Positions 31,186 to 41,352 are shown, counted from the first letter of the stretch. The stretch is DNA of 64,000 nt from Candidatus Latescibacterota bacterium (GCA_965217865.1 CBDCJO010000002.1:1952001-2016000), one strand, 5' to 3'. Notes: generated from the sequence alone by a model not told the origin. A program made the numbers and translations.

Positions 31186-32951
31186 GCATAACACATATTA
31201 AAGGCCCCGGGTCAAGAAAAAAAGACTCCTCCATCACGATTTTCACCGTTTTTTTGCGACCCTAACGTTCGGGGCGTGCAATGAGCCGATCCGAAGAGGT
31301 TTGGCGATGTTCGGATCTTTGTCAGTCGTCGGTCTGACTTGATTTTCACAAACCGGGCTAGATGTGAGCCATCTGCACCAAACACGTATCGGGAATCAAG
31401 CGCCTCTCACGGTATACTGTGGAGCGCCCTGGGAGAGGCATTGTCCTCTCCCTCCAGAAAATAATCGGTACCCCTTGAGTCCCAATCAAGAAGGATGGCT
31501 GTTCTCCCCTTTTATGAGGGGGAACGCCAGTTAGGTTCGGGTTCATCGCGGGGGCAGACGGACTGACTGTCTCAGATCCGCTCATCTATGTTCTAAATAA
31601 GGGGTGAAGGCGGCTTCCCAATCAAGCCGATGAGCTGGGCTATTGTCCGGACGTTGCCCTGCCAGTTAGGCGCCGGGTTAACCGCCCCACCCATTATGCT
31701 ACAAACCGTTTCTCGTCGAATGCCTGGCCGTTTTTGAGCATTTGGTAGGCGGCCACGCCGAATTTGTGAGCGATGACGCTCTTGGCTTTTCCCGGACCTT
31801 GTTTGCTTTTGAGCTTCTCGTAGTATCTATTGATCGGTTCTGACCATCGCTGGGCGACGAGGATGATTTCTGAGAAGGCCCACTTTAGGTGTGGGTTGCC
31901 GATTTTGTTATTCCCGTCCTTTGTCTTCTTTCCAGCGGACTCTCTCTCGACTTTGATCAGCCGGCTGTAGGAGGAGAAGGCTGAAGCGGATTTGAACCGT
32001 TCAATCGTGTGGATTTCATACAGGATGGTCATGGCCAACATCTCCCCAAGTCCGGGAACCGTCATCAGGATAGACAGGACATTGCGATCGTGATGTTTGG
32101 CCTGTGCCAAGACTTGCTTCTCGACTTTGTAGATCATTTTGTCCAGGGAGTCAACCAGGTCCAGATCGCAGTCCACAGACATACTCAGATCTGGGTCGGC
32201 CAGACGTTCGCACAGCTTTCTCCTGTTGCTCTTCTTTTTGACCTGGTCGCTGAGAGGATCCAGGATAGCTTGCTGAGAGAAGGTGTTCTGGATGTGGGTG
32301 TAACACTCAGCCCGTAAGGCCACAAACCGGTGTCTTCGCCGGAGCAGGTCCCGGGTTGCCCGCATCTCTTGCGGATAGGCATAGGCCATCGGGAACAGGT
32401 TGCAGCGCATCAGCTCAGCCAGCATTCTGGAATCGAGACGGTCGTTCTTTTTCTTGCCCCCATGGATCGCCTTCATATACAGGGCGTGTCCCAGGTAGAA
32501 TGGAATCCCGGCCTTGTGACACCCGTCAGCCAGCCAGTACCAGTTGAAGGTTGACTCCACCCCGACGGCGATGCTACCGAGGTGAGTTTCCAGCACCTGC
32601 AGCAGGAGCTTGAAGTCGTTTTTCAGGTTGCGCTGGAACACAATCTCTCCCATCTTGTCCATGATGCAGACAAACATCGTTCTGGCGTGGAGATCGATGC
32701 CACAGAAATAGTTCGAGTCGATCCTTGCGTATTGCATAAGGCCCTCCTGTGGGAGAAAGGTGATTGAGATATCCGGATCTCAATTATAACCTCTCCTGAC
32801 AACGAGGGCCTTTATATTAATATCACGGCACCCCCGGCTCCGGCGCATTCGTGCCGTCGCCAAACCTGCCTTTCGCGGACACGGCGCTTGCTTTAAGGAC
32901 AAAATCTGGCGCAACCGCCGCGCCGCTCGGCAGGTTCGTGGGTGCCGAGAA
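31186..32951 (+). other. attC-like site split by an IS110 insertion (31186-31196 plus 32824-32951)
   Basis: GCATAAC box; rejoined sequence gives a CGGCACCC...GGGTGCCG stem. Confidence 0.65.
31197..32821 (-). mobile_element. IS110-family (IS1111-type) element A; recombinase 31694..32737, ~490 bp 3' non-coding end
   Basis: GIDLH, VEST, KNDRLDS, VPGLG, ESAGK, GNPHLKW; subterminal IR TAAAGGCCC; AT repeated at both junctions. Confidence 0.9.
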
Positions 32952-33488
32952 CTACATGCGGAATGTCAAGAGCAAGGTTGACGATTTCGAGGTTGGATGA
33001 GATTTTTTATGCCGGTTTTCTCAGCGTCAAGGGGTGTAAAGTGGACATTCTTACTATGTTCGGAGCGCAGTTCGCCCTTATGGTGCAGGACCGGTCTTTG
33101 AAGAGGGGCGAAGCTCCCGTGTGGGGGGTGGTGTCTTCCGATACCAACTTACATCCGCGGCCGGCACTCTTGTTTGTGTGAGTAGGTGTGCCGGTCTTCG
33201 CGCATTTTCTAATCCGATCCAGGAAGACGGGGAGGCCTGCGGATCTGTTAGCCGAAGCGACTCCTATCGGAGCCCTCCTCTCAAGCCAGTTCTGCAGGCC
33301 GCCCCCGGCCGCCTTGTTCAGGCGGCACTCTTGTGTAACCGATCGGAGACCCGCAGAAACGCCGAGTGCGATCATCGTCCTCATCTGTCCTTGAGCAACT
33401 TCGAGCAGATGAGCGCATTGTTCGGGTGTGAGCCAGGGCGGTACTTTTTTCGGAAGTTTAAAGCGAACGAAGCCTAATCCGCATGGCA
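32952..33488 (-). mobile_element. Transposase-less mini-element sharing the 3' non-coding end of IS110 element B
   Basis: 32952-33345 is the near-exact reverse complement of ~36885-37275; CATGCGGA inverted at both ends. Confidence 0.75.
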
Positions 33489-33614
33489 GTTAACGCCCCG
33501 GCATCCCCGAACCTGCGTCTTATCCTCCGAAGCTCCGACCCTGTCCTTCCGAAGCTCCGAAGGAGCGAAGGAGGGGAGGGCTGTCAGGCCTGAGCTGGGG
33601 GTGCTGTGTTAGGC
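33489..33614 (-). other. attC-like site
   Basis: Minus strand: GCCTAAC ACAGCACCCCC...GGGGATGCCGGGGC GTTAAC imperfect palindrome. Confidence 0.65.
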
Positions 33615-33688
33615 GGGCCGAAGGCCGAGCGAAGCGAGCGTTTGCAGGGTGGACCTATTTCGCCAGAATGGGAACTCGTATCGGCGAT

Positions 33689-34114
33689 CTATCCTAACAA
33701 ATGAACTTCAGCTGCTGTCACAAATGCATCTTCAGGTTTTCCGAGGAAGTTTCCGTCCGGATACACAGACGGCTGGTACTTTTCATTCGAGTAGCTGAAG
33801 AATCCGAAACCCCACTGGTCCTGTCCGAAATAACGGAGGCGGCATAGGTGGATAGGTGTCTTCCTAAGCTTTTCGATGTATTCTTGTCGGTTAACCTTCC
33901 AGCTTTTCGGTGGCCAACTTTTAGGCAGATTCGGTTCACAGAATACATCTATGTATCAGAACTGTGAGCGAAACCGAATCTCGAGACGTTCATACTTCCC
34001 TTCAAAATGCTTCTGTGCCACCTTCAGGATGCGACGTTCGACATCGGCTTTCACAGGGGTTGGAATCTTGACGCCGCCGGAGTCAGGGACAAATCCAAAA
34101 TCCACCGGAACCAT
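33689..34114 (-). pseudogene. Hypothetical protein, frameshifted near 33955
   Basis: PDSGGVKIP...RLEIRFRSQF / YIDVFCEP...PIHLCRLRYFG...YSNEKYQP in two frames; missed by the ORF track. Confidence 0.65.
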
Positions 34115-34251
34115 GACTTCTCTCCAAGGGTTTCGTCCACGCGCGCGCGTTAGTCTCGAGATTCGATCGGCAAGGTTAGGAATTGAAAACCAGGCTCAAA
34201 TTTCCGTCTCACGGTGTTGACACGCATTGTGTGTTTCCGTTCAGTCTTAAG

Positions 34252-34767
34252 CTAAGAGGGCTGACTCACCAAAGCATGTTTTTCCAGACTCGCTTTCACC
34301 TCCTGATTCACGACATAGGACGGCATCTCAAGTTTGATTTGCCTTCTCTCCGCGTCTTTGAGGGAAATCACCACAGCATTAGGCTGTAGATCGATTGACG
34401 AGATCTCCTCCCATTCGGCTGCACAGGTTTTCCGGAAAGGACTGGGCATAATCTCCACACCTTTGTCATCGATTGTGATGCGGGGCCTTCTATGGGGAGA
34501 AGCGAGAACTGTCACGGCCAGGATCAAAACAAAGAGCATCAGAGCGGCAACGGTCAAAGTTACTATAGAGAAGGTCTTAAGCTCAGGAACGGATAGGCCC
34601 TTCACACCCTGTAGTACAATTAGGATTAGGTACGCCGTGAGGAAGAACCAGAACAGCTTGCTTCTCCTAATGTCGCTTTTGTCTGGAAAGATGGTTTTGG
34701 CCTCCATCTTTGCCTCCAGATTTGGGGTTTGACACCGCATGCCAATGCCCGTAACGTACAGGCTCAT
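34252..34767 (-). CDS. Hypothetical membrane protein (two TM segments plus PH-like domain)
   Basis: Two hydrophobic helices then ITIDDKGV...WEEISSI; start may be the internal Met near 34707. Confidence 0.6.
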   Translation of the reverse strand: MSLYVTGIGMRCQTPNLEAKMEAKTIFPDKSDIRRSKLFWFFLTAYLILIVLQGVKGLSVPELKTFSIVTLTVAALMLFVLILAVTVLASPHRRPRITIDDKGVEIMPSPFRKTCAAEWEEISSIDLQPNAVVISLKDAERRQIKLEMPSYVVNQEVKASLEKHALVSQPS

Positions 34768-34827
34768 GAAATAGCTACAATAACCTGAAAGATAGATTGT
34801 CTTCTTGGTCTTCGTGTGGACGATTGG

Positions 34828-35301
34828 TTAGCTCCTGCGCCATATTTGATAGGTGTAATCAATATTCGATTGAAATTCTTGAGTAAACACCAGGGAGAAC
34901 CCATCCGGTATATCTGGAAAAAACACGTCGCCATCAACCTCGCAATGTACAGTAGATACATGTAATGTATCTGCCTTGTGAATCATGCTATGGTAGACTT
35001 GCCCACCACCAGCTACAATCAGATGATCTGTAAGGGTTGACATTGCACTGAGCGCATCGTCAATCGATGAGAAAGCCCGGATTCTATTCGATTCCTGCAA
35101 CGCATCCGAATTTGTCAGGACTGCATATTTCCTGTTTGGAAGTGTTCCCATTGACTCAAAAGTCTTGCGTCCGACCAACAACCATTGGTTATAAGTCAGG
35201 GCTTTAAAAAAGAGCTGCTCACCCTTTGCCTTCCATGGAATGTTCGGCCCAGCGCCGATAACCCGATTATCGGATTTTGCTCCAATGAGTGAGATAATCA
35301 T
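34828..35301 (-). CDS. dfrA: DfrA-clade dihydrofolate reductase (candidate trimethoprim resistance)
   Basis: 157 aa with [49 protein letters not shown]; preceded by core site GTTAGGC (35360-35354). Confidence 0.88.
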   Translation of the reverse strand: MIISLIGAKSDNRVIGAGPNIPWKAKGEQLFFKALTYNQWLLVGRKTFESMGTLPNRKYAVLTNSDALQESNRIRAFSSIDDALSAMSTLTDHLIVAGGGQVYHSMIHKADTLHVSTVHCEVDGDVFFPDIPDGFSLVFTQEFQSNIDYTYQIWRRS

Positions 35302-35353
35302 TTGTGGAAAACCTCAAGATGGGTTGGTTGGGTTTTGCTTTTAAGCCAGTTTC

Positions 35354-37338
35354 GCCTAACGATTTCTATATTGAGTAAAGGAGGAAAAAACAGCGTTGAG
35401 GGGCTGAATCTTCCCTTGCAAGGCAAGGTGTCTTAAGATTCGGCAAGCGCAAGCAAACTCAACCCTCAACGCTGGAGGTATACGATGAAGTCGAAAATCT
35501 TCCACCTTAAACGACAGGCCATCTCCCAGAATTTCGTCCTCGGGATCGATCCGGGCAAGGAAAAACACAGCGGGTCGGTGCTCGATCCCTCCGGACTTCA
35601 GCAAGGCGGGGCCTTCTCATTCCCCGTGACGCGAGCGGGATATGACCATACCCTCTGGCAGCATCTGGAGCGACGCATCAAAGATTGCGGGCCGGATCGG
35701 ATGGTGGTGGCCATCGAGACGTCCTGCAATCTGTGGGTTACCCTGGCCCACTACCTCCAGGGGAAGGGGTATCGCGTGCTGCTGGTGAGCCCCCTCACGA
35801 CGTATCACGCAAGACCGATGATGCACCGCGATTTCTCCAAGTCGGATCCCAGGGATGCCTTTCTGGTGGCCGACAGCGCACAGAAGGGAAGCTATGATCT
35901 CTTCAGGACGTTCGAGCCTCACATGGAGGCCGCGCACCAGCTCTCAATCGCCTACGACAAGCTCCGGAAGGACCTCACAAAGTCCCTGCTCCGCACCCGG
36001 TCTCTGATGGAACGCGTCTTCCCGGAGTTCCTCCACGCGGTCAACATTCGTACGAAGACCTCCCGCTACCTGTTGGAGCGATATTTCTTGCCCCGCCACT
36101 TCGAGGAAATTGACATCGAAGAGGAGGGCCGCCAGATCCATCGGATCTCAAGAGGCAGTTACGGGGTGGCGACGCTGCAGAAGCTGAAGGAGGAGGCCCG
36201 GACCTCCATCGGGATCCCGGTCGAGGGCCAGGAAGATGTCCTCCGCATCATCCTGAATGGCTGGATCGAGGCGCTCCGGCGGACCGAGACGCAACTCAAA
36301 GCTGTGGAGCAGGCGATGATCGCCCGCACTCAGCAGGATCCGACTTTCCAAATCGTCGACTCGATCTCCAACATCAACAAAAACCTGGCTGCCCAATTTA
36401 CCGCGGAGACGCGAGGGGCCACCCGCTTCACCCACTTCAAACAGATCGAGAAGCTCGCCGGCACGAACGTGCGCATCGCCGACTCCGGAAAGTACAAAGG
36501 CAAAAGGCGGATGAGCAAGATCGGCAATCCCCGGCTGCGGCGAATCATCTACCAGATGACCGAACAGACCGCCCGGGTCGTGCCCCAGGTCCGCCGCCGC
36601 TTCCTCGAACGCGAGCTCAGGAAGAAGTGCTACCGCAAGAATATCGTGGCCGCCTCGTCCCAGCTCCTACGGCTCATCGTAGCCCTGCTCAGAGAAAATC
36701 GTCTCTACGAGGAGAGAGACCACCCCGCGGCATCCCTCAAAACGCTCGAGAGGCGCTACATGAAGCGCTACAAGAAAAAGCAGCATCCCCGACGGCGCGC
36801 TCGCGCCGCCGCCTGACCGCTGCCGCGGTCACACTCGCTCTTTGACATCGCTGCTCGATTCACATCCGGTGCAGTCTCCTGCCGGACCGGTTACACAAGC
36901 TGCCGCCTTCCAAGGCGGCCAGGGGCGGCCTGCAGAACTGGCTTGAGAGGAGGGCTCCGATAGGAGTCGCTTCGGCTAACAGATCCGCAGGCCTCCCCGT
37001 CTTCCTGGATCGGATTAGAAAATGCGCGAAGACCGGCACACCTACTCACACAAACAAGAGTGCCGGCCGCGGATGTAAGTTGGTATCGGAAGACACCACC
37101 CCCCACACGGGAGCTTCGCCCCTCTTCAAAGACCGGTCCTGCACCATAAGGGCGAACTGCGCTCCGAACATAGTAAGAATGTCCACTTTACACCCCTTGA
37201 CGCTGAGAAAACCGGCATAAAAAATCTCATCCAACCTCGAAATCGTCAACTTTGCTCTTGACTTTCCGCATGTAGTTCAGCTGGCCCCGACGCCGCCGTA
37301 AGGCGGTGTTTGGATTTTCCGGGGCCAGCGTGTTAAGC
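35354..37338 (-). other. attC-like site split by IS110 element B (37338-37276 plus 35366-35354)
   Basis: Rejoined: GCTTAAC AC GCTGGCCCCG...CGGGGCCAGCT GAA ATC GTTAGGC. Confidence 0.7.
35367..37275 (+). mobile_element. IS110-family element B; recombinase 35485..36816, ~460 bp 3' non-coding end
   Basis: GIDPGK, IET, KSDPRDA, DSGKYKG, SKIGNPRLR; TTC repeated at both junctions; imperfect IRs. Confidence 0.9.
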
Positions 37339-37403
37339 GCCGTGTTGCGATCAGAGAGAATTGACGAGCAAGGCCTGGGTTCTCGCTCAGTAACAAAAAG
37401 GTT

Positions 37404-38000
37404 CTACTGCTTTTCAAAGTCTAGTCCTACAGGTTGTCTTGGGTACTTAAACCGTCTTACGTCAGTGTTAGGTACTTCGCTACCAACCACCTCGAACTTT
37501 ATATCATCGATCCAGGCTTGGCCTGGACCATCGAGCAAAATGCCAAAAACGAGATTGGTACTGCTGAGAGGAACATCCAAGACAATCTCATATGCCTTCC
37601 AATCAATTGTGCCTTTGAGCGGCCTATCCTGCATGTTGTCAAAACTAAGAAATCCTTTTCCTGGGGCGTCTACACGCATCCACATTCCTACCCAATTCTG
37701 AACATCCTTTACTTTGATGTATCCGGTCATGCGAACACGTTCGCCATAGAAACCGGCAGCTCCACATACTTGCATCAACGTGCCGAAGCCGCTTGGTGGG
37801 GAAACTTTCGACTTGATCATTCCGCTGAATTGCCCCCCGCGATGCACTTTGTCATCTAGTCGCATATCATAGTCGCCAGGTGACTTACCTGCTTTGATCC
37901 AACCTTCGGGCAATCTGCCCTCCTCTGCTACAGCTACTCCTGTTCCCACAAAGATGGTCAAGAAGAGAACAATCAGAGTAGAGATCTTCTTAGGCATCAT
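37404..38000 (-). CDS. Cassette-borne secreted protein (FGTLMQ...WMRVD carbohydrate-binding-like domain)
   Basis: Signal peptide; bounded by GTTAAGCGCC (38097) and its complement GGCGCTTAAC (37341-37332) on the minus strand. Confidence 0.75.
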   Translation of the reverse strand: MMPKKISTLIVLFLTIFVGTGVAVAEEGRLPEGWIKAGKSPGDYDMRLDDKVHRGGQFSGMIKSKVSPPSGFGTLMQVCGAAGFYGERVRMTGYIKVKDVQNWVGMWMRVDAPGKGFLSFDNMQDRPLKGTIDWKAYEIVLDVPLSSTNLVFGILLDGPGQAWIDDIKFEVVGSEVPNTDVRRFKYPRQPVGLDFEKQ

Positions 38001-38087
38001 GTGCAAATCCTTCCCCGTCAAGTGTCACGGCAATAGAATGTTATTGGAAGTCAACTGACCCGCTTCTCAATCATACAGCAGCAACAT

Positions 38088-38265
38088 GGCGCTTAACTTA
38101 CGAAATCCCTGAACTCCTACGTAGATTTCATAATTTCGGCATAACTCCCGCCCTGCGCAGATACCTCCCACGAAGAAGTAACCGGTATATGTTCGTAGAT
38201 CCCTTGCTATAGGAGAAATCGTTTTAGGATGAACTCACCTTTGACGGTCACATCAAACTATCCAG
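38088..38265 (-). promoter_or_regulatory. attI-like leader B (ends at core site GTTAAGC)
   Basis: Inverted homolog of 30584-30764. Confidence 0.7.
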
Positions 38266-38430
38266 ACTCTGAATCTTTGCGATATCTCGGGTTGTGACCC
38301 TTACAGTCTTTTCTACTCCTGCCTTTACATATGCCCGTTCGAATTTCTTTTGCACAGAACGCTCATGGAGGTGTTATCCTGGACGTCGTATTTCCTCTTT
38401 TGGCTGGCAACGGTCAGCCCGGTTACTGTG
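38248..38430 (-). pseudogene. Gutted tyrosine recombinase (integron integrase/XerD-like) remnant
   Basis: KEEIRR-PG*HLHERSVQKKFERAYVKAGVEKTVRV-TTRDIAKIQSLDSLM*; the HxLRH...Y catalytic block is absent. Confidence 0.65.
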
Positions 38431-38571
38431 TCCAAAAAGTGTGCAATAGAAGGTCTCGTTTGGTGCGCGTTCCTCTCAATTGATGTTAGTATATATCACA
38501 CCAAAGCCAAACAAAAACAGAGGGGTTACCACCAAAACCCGCGTCAGTATTGGGATTGGCGATAACCCCTT

Positions 38572-39459
38572 TCAGCTTTCTGTTTGAAATGAAAAGTTGG
38601 AACAGATGGCCCCGTGGAGATAACACGTGTAACATGCCCGGTGCCGGAGGGGGTAGGGAATCATCGCCTCATCAAGGGTTTTGCCGAGCATCGCGTCCGG
38701 TGAATCGATCAGGATGGGGCACACCCAGACACCCCTGTCGGTCACGATTCGGCTGTTTGCACAAAGAAGATTATCCTGGTTGTAGTCCCGCATCATCTCA
38801 CGAGTGATCTGCTCGTGATCCGTGTAACCTCGGGATCGAACGACTTCCCGTCCGAGCTTCAGGGAGGGAAGAAATTTCAGGCGGGGTCGATCATAACCGA
38901 TGGCCTTGAGCGCAGCCACGAAGCCCCGCCGAACATCGGGTTCTTCAACATCGTCCCAGACCCGGGCTGCGGTAATAATCGGCAGGAAGTCATACCCGAG
39001 GAGAAGCCGAACACCAGCCATGGCCCTTTCAAAGGTGCCCTCGCCACGGATCGGGTCATTTGTCTCCGGTGTGTAGCCGTCGATACTGATCCGGAATTCC
39101 AGAGAGTAGAGCGACGACTTTTCGATCTCTGCGAGGCGTTGAACATCCTCATCCCGGAACACCGTCCCGTTCGTCAGAACCGTCGCAGGTCCGATCGACA
39201 GGGTTTCAGCCAGAATGTCTACAATTTTTGAATTCATGAACGGTTCGCCACCGGTAAAATAGTACTCCTTGACCCCAAGGCGTTGAGACTGTCTCAGGGA
39301 CCTCCGGACCTGCTCGAGCGACAAGAATTCAAAGCTGTGATTGTCCGGGCTGCAACTGATGAAGCAGTGGTCACACCAGAGATTGCAGACCGTCCCGGAC
39401 ACCTGAAACCAGAGATTGTCAAGGTCTTTTGGAACGACTTCGGGCGCGGATGATTTCAT
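38572..39459 (-). CDS. Radical SAM protein
   Basis: CNLWCDHC, FTGGEPF, LTNG; additional C-terminal cysteines. Confidence 0.92.
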   Translation of the reverse strand: MKSSAPEVVPKDLDNLWFQVSGTVCNLWCDHCFISCSPDNHSFEFLSLEQVRRSLRQSQRLGVKEYYFTGGEPFMNSKIVDILAETLSIGPATVLTNGTVFRDEDVQRLAEIEKSSLYSLEFRISIDGYTPETNDPIRGEGTFERAMAGVRLLLGYDFLPIITAARVWDDVEEPDVRRGFVAALKAIGYDRPRLKFLPSLKLGREVVRSRGYTDHEQITREMMRDYNQDNLLCANSRIVTDRGVWVCPILIDSPDAMLGKTLDEAMIPYPLRHRACYTCYLHGAICSNFSFQTES

Positions 39460-40730
39460 ATTTTTTTCGCCTGGGATTCGAGCTCGCAGGTTGAATACAG
39501 ATCTAACTCCGGATTCCCCGTGATGAGGGTGAAGACATCTCGGATTTGTTCGAGCCCCATGCGGATCAGGAAAGTCGAATTTCGGCCATAGCTTTTGGCC
39601 CCGACGATGTAGAAGTCGGGTTCCGGATTTTTTAAGACTTCCGGACCTGCGCTGGTCTGTGCGAGGCAGTCTGAGTTTGAGGACCCGGAGAGCAACGACG
39701 CAGCCAGTTCAATCGGACCGGAGGTGGCATAGCATTCGTGGACTTGAAGCTCCCGGTAAATCGAGTTATCCGGAAGGTAGCCCACGTTCCCGATGATCCG
39801 GTCCACCTCCACCGCGCGCACGTCGTTTTTTTGGCGAAACACGACGGAACGGCTTTTCCCATCGTCCGAAGACCGGATCGATTCAACGCCCGCTGAGGCG
39901 TAAAACGAGATGGCGTCACAACTCCCCGATGCAATCCGATTTGCGCTGGCAATCAGGGCCGATCGTCTCGGCAGCGGATCGTTCGGAATGGGCTGATAGG
40001 GGACGTCGGCCTCGCCCGCGGAAATCCAGAGAAGCGATGTGACGGGTGATTCCCCGGAAAGCTGCTCGAAAGCCAGGGCGGTCGTAGCCGCCGAAAACCC
40101 CACTCCGATCAAGAGCGTCCGCATCCCGGCATAATCTGACCGCTGCCCCCCCAGGATGTCTTCCAGTTGGTAGCGGATCCATGGGGCGCTCTCCCTTTCA
40201 CCCGGGGCCGGTATCCCACCGCTCCCGATCCAGCCGTGATTCCCGTAAGTGCCCGTTGCGTCGATCACGATGTCCGCCAGATGGACCCGCTCTGAGCCGC
40301 TTCCCTCGTGGACTAGAATGCGGAAAGGATGGCCGGACCGACCGTCGTCTTCAGGTAAGTCTTTTTTAAGAAGACCTTCCCGACCCAGGGCGATCACCTC
40401 TGTGTCGGTCAGGATGCGATCTCGCAGGGCGGGGAGACGGCTCAGGGGGTGCAAATAATTCTCGACGTATTCCCGCCCTGTCCGGAGCGTGCCGTTTTCG
40501 GGGAGGGTCCAGCCTGGGTCGAAACCCGATAGGGACTCCATACCCAGAGACGAGCCGTTGATAGACCAGGGTGAGAACAGCTCCACGAAACCCCAGTCAA
40601 GAACGTGGGCCCCGATACCATCCCGTTCGAACACCGTCACCTCATAGCCCAGTGTAGCAGCGTAGAGGGCGGCCTCCAGGCCGATCGGCCCTGCACCAAT
40701 GACGGCGATCCGCCGTTGAATGTCCCCCAT
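39456..40730 (-). CDS. FAD/NAD(P)-dependent oxidoreductase (flavoprotein monooxygenase-like)
   Basis: IGAGPIGLEAA, DATGTY, LQVHECYA, GAKSYGR. Confidence 0.88.
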   Translation of the reverse strand: MGDIQRRIAVIGAGPIGLEAALYAATLGYEVTVFERDGIGAHVLDWGFVELFSPWSINGSSLGMESLSGFDPGWTLPENGTLRTGREYVENYLHPLSRLPALRDRILTDTEVIALGREGLLKKDLPEDDGRSGHPFRILVHEGSGSERVHLADIVIDATGTYGNHGWIGSGGIPAPGERESAPWIRYQLEDILGGQRSDYAGMRTLLIGVGFSAATTALAFEQLSGESPVTSLLWISAGEADVPYQPIPNDPLPRRSALIASANRIASGSCDAISFYASAGVESIRSSDDGKSRSVVFRQKNDVRAVEVDRIIGNVGYLPDNSIYRELQVHECYATSGPIELAASLLSGSSNSDCLAQTSAGPEVLKNPEPDFYIVGAKSYGRNSTFLIRMGLEQIRDVFTLITGNPELDLYSTCELESQAKKI

Positions 40731-40903
40731 ATAAATACCGTATCTCGTATCTCGTGAAGCGGAAGAGCAAAATCCTGGGCTCTTACGAGATGCGCTTCAC
40801 GCTTCATCGTGGTTCGTGATCCGAGGATCAGAAAACCCGGGTTCGTGGATCGTGACTCGGGGGTTGAGGTTTCAATCCGAAACCAACGAATCGGAAATCC
40901 GCG

Positions 40904-40961
40904 AAGCTCCCTCACCCCGCCTCGCAAGCTCGGCACCCCTCTCCCGGGTGCCGGGAGAGGG
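40904..40961 (+). repeat. REP-like palindromic element, copy 3 of 3
   Basis: See 6853 and 14666. Confidence 0.85.
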
Positions 40962-41352
40962 GAAGATTATTGACTTACGAAAATAATTTATGGCCGGAGC
41001 CACCTGCTGGCGGCGAAAAACCTATCCCCGTCCTTCGACTACGCAGCGCTTACGCGCTGCTCCGCTCAGGAGGTTGTCTTTATGGATAGGAGAGATCTTA
41101 GGTTTGACATTTGGCAAAATCAAGGCGACATCCCCCTTCCCGTTTCGGGAAGCCACGTCCTGAGCGGAACGAAGTGGAGTCGAAGGAGGGGCGCAGGGGG
41201 TTAGGACTGACCGCTGACCGAAGTTTGTATGTTCGTCAAGGTCACCTGAACGTTTCACGGTTTTTCTTTCCCCTGCTCCCTGACTACCGGTTTTGACCTC
41301 CCCTGACCTCCGGCCCCTGCATTTTCCATTTCGCACCTTGCAGTTTACATTT

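Noticed and set aside
32942-33477. Short ORFs duplicated at 36891-37249
   Set aside because: They lie in the IS non-coding end; no coding signature, and the frames diverge where the DNA homology ends
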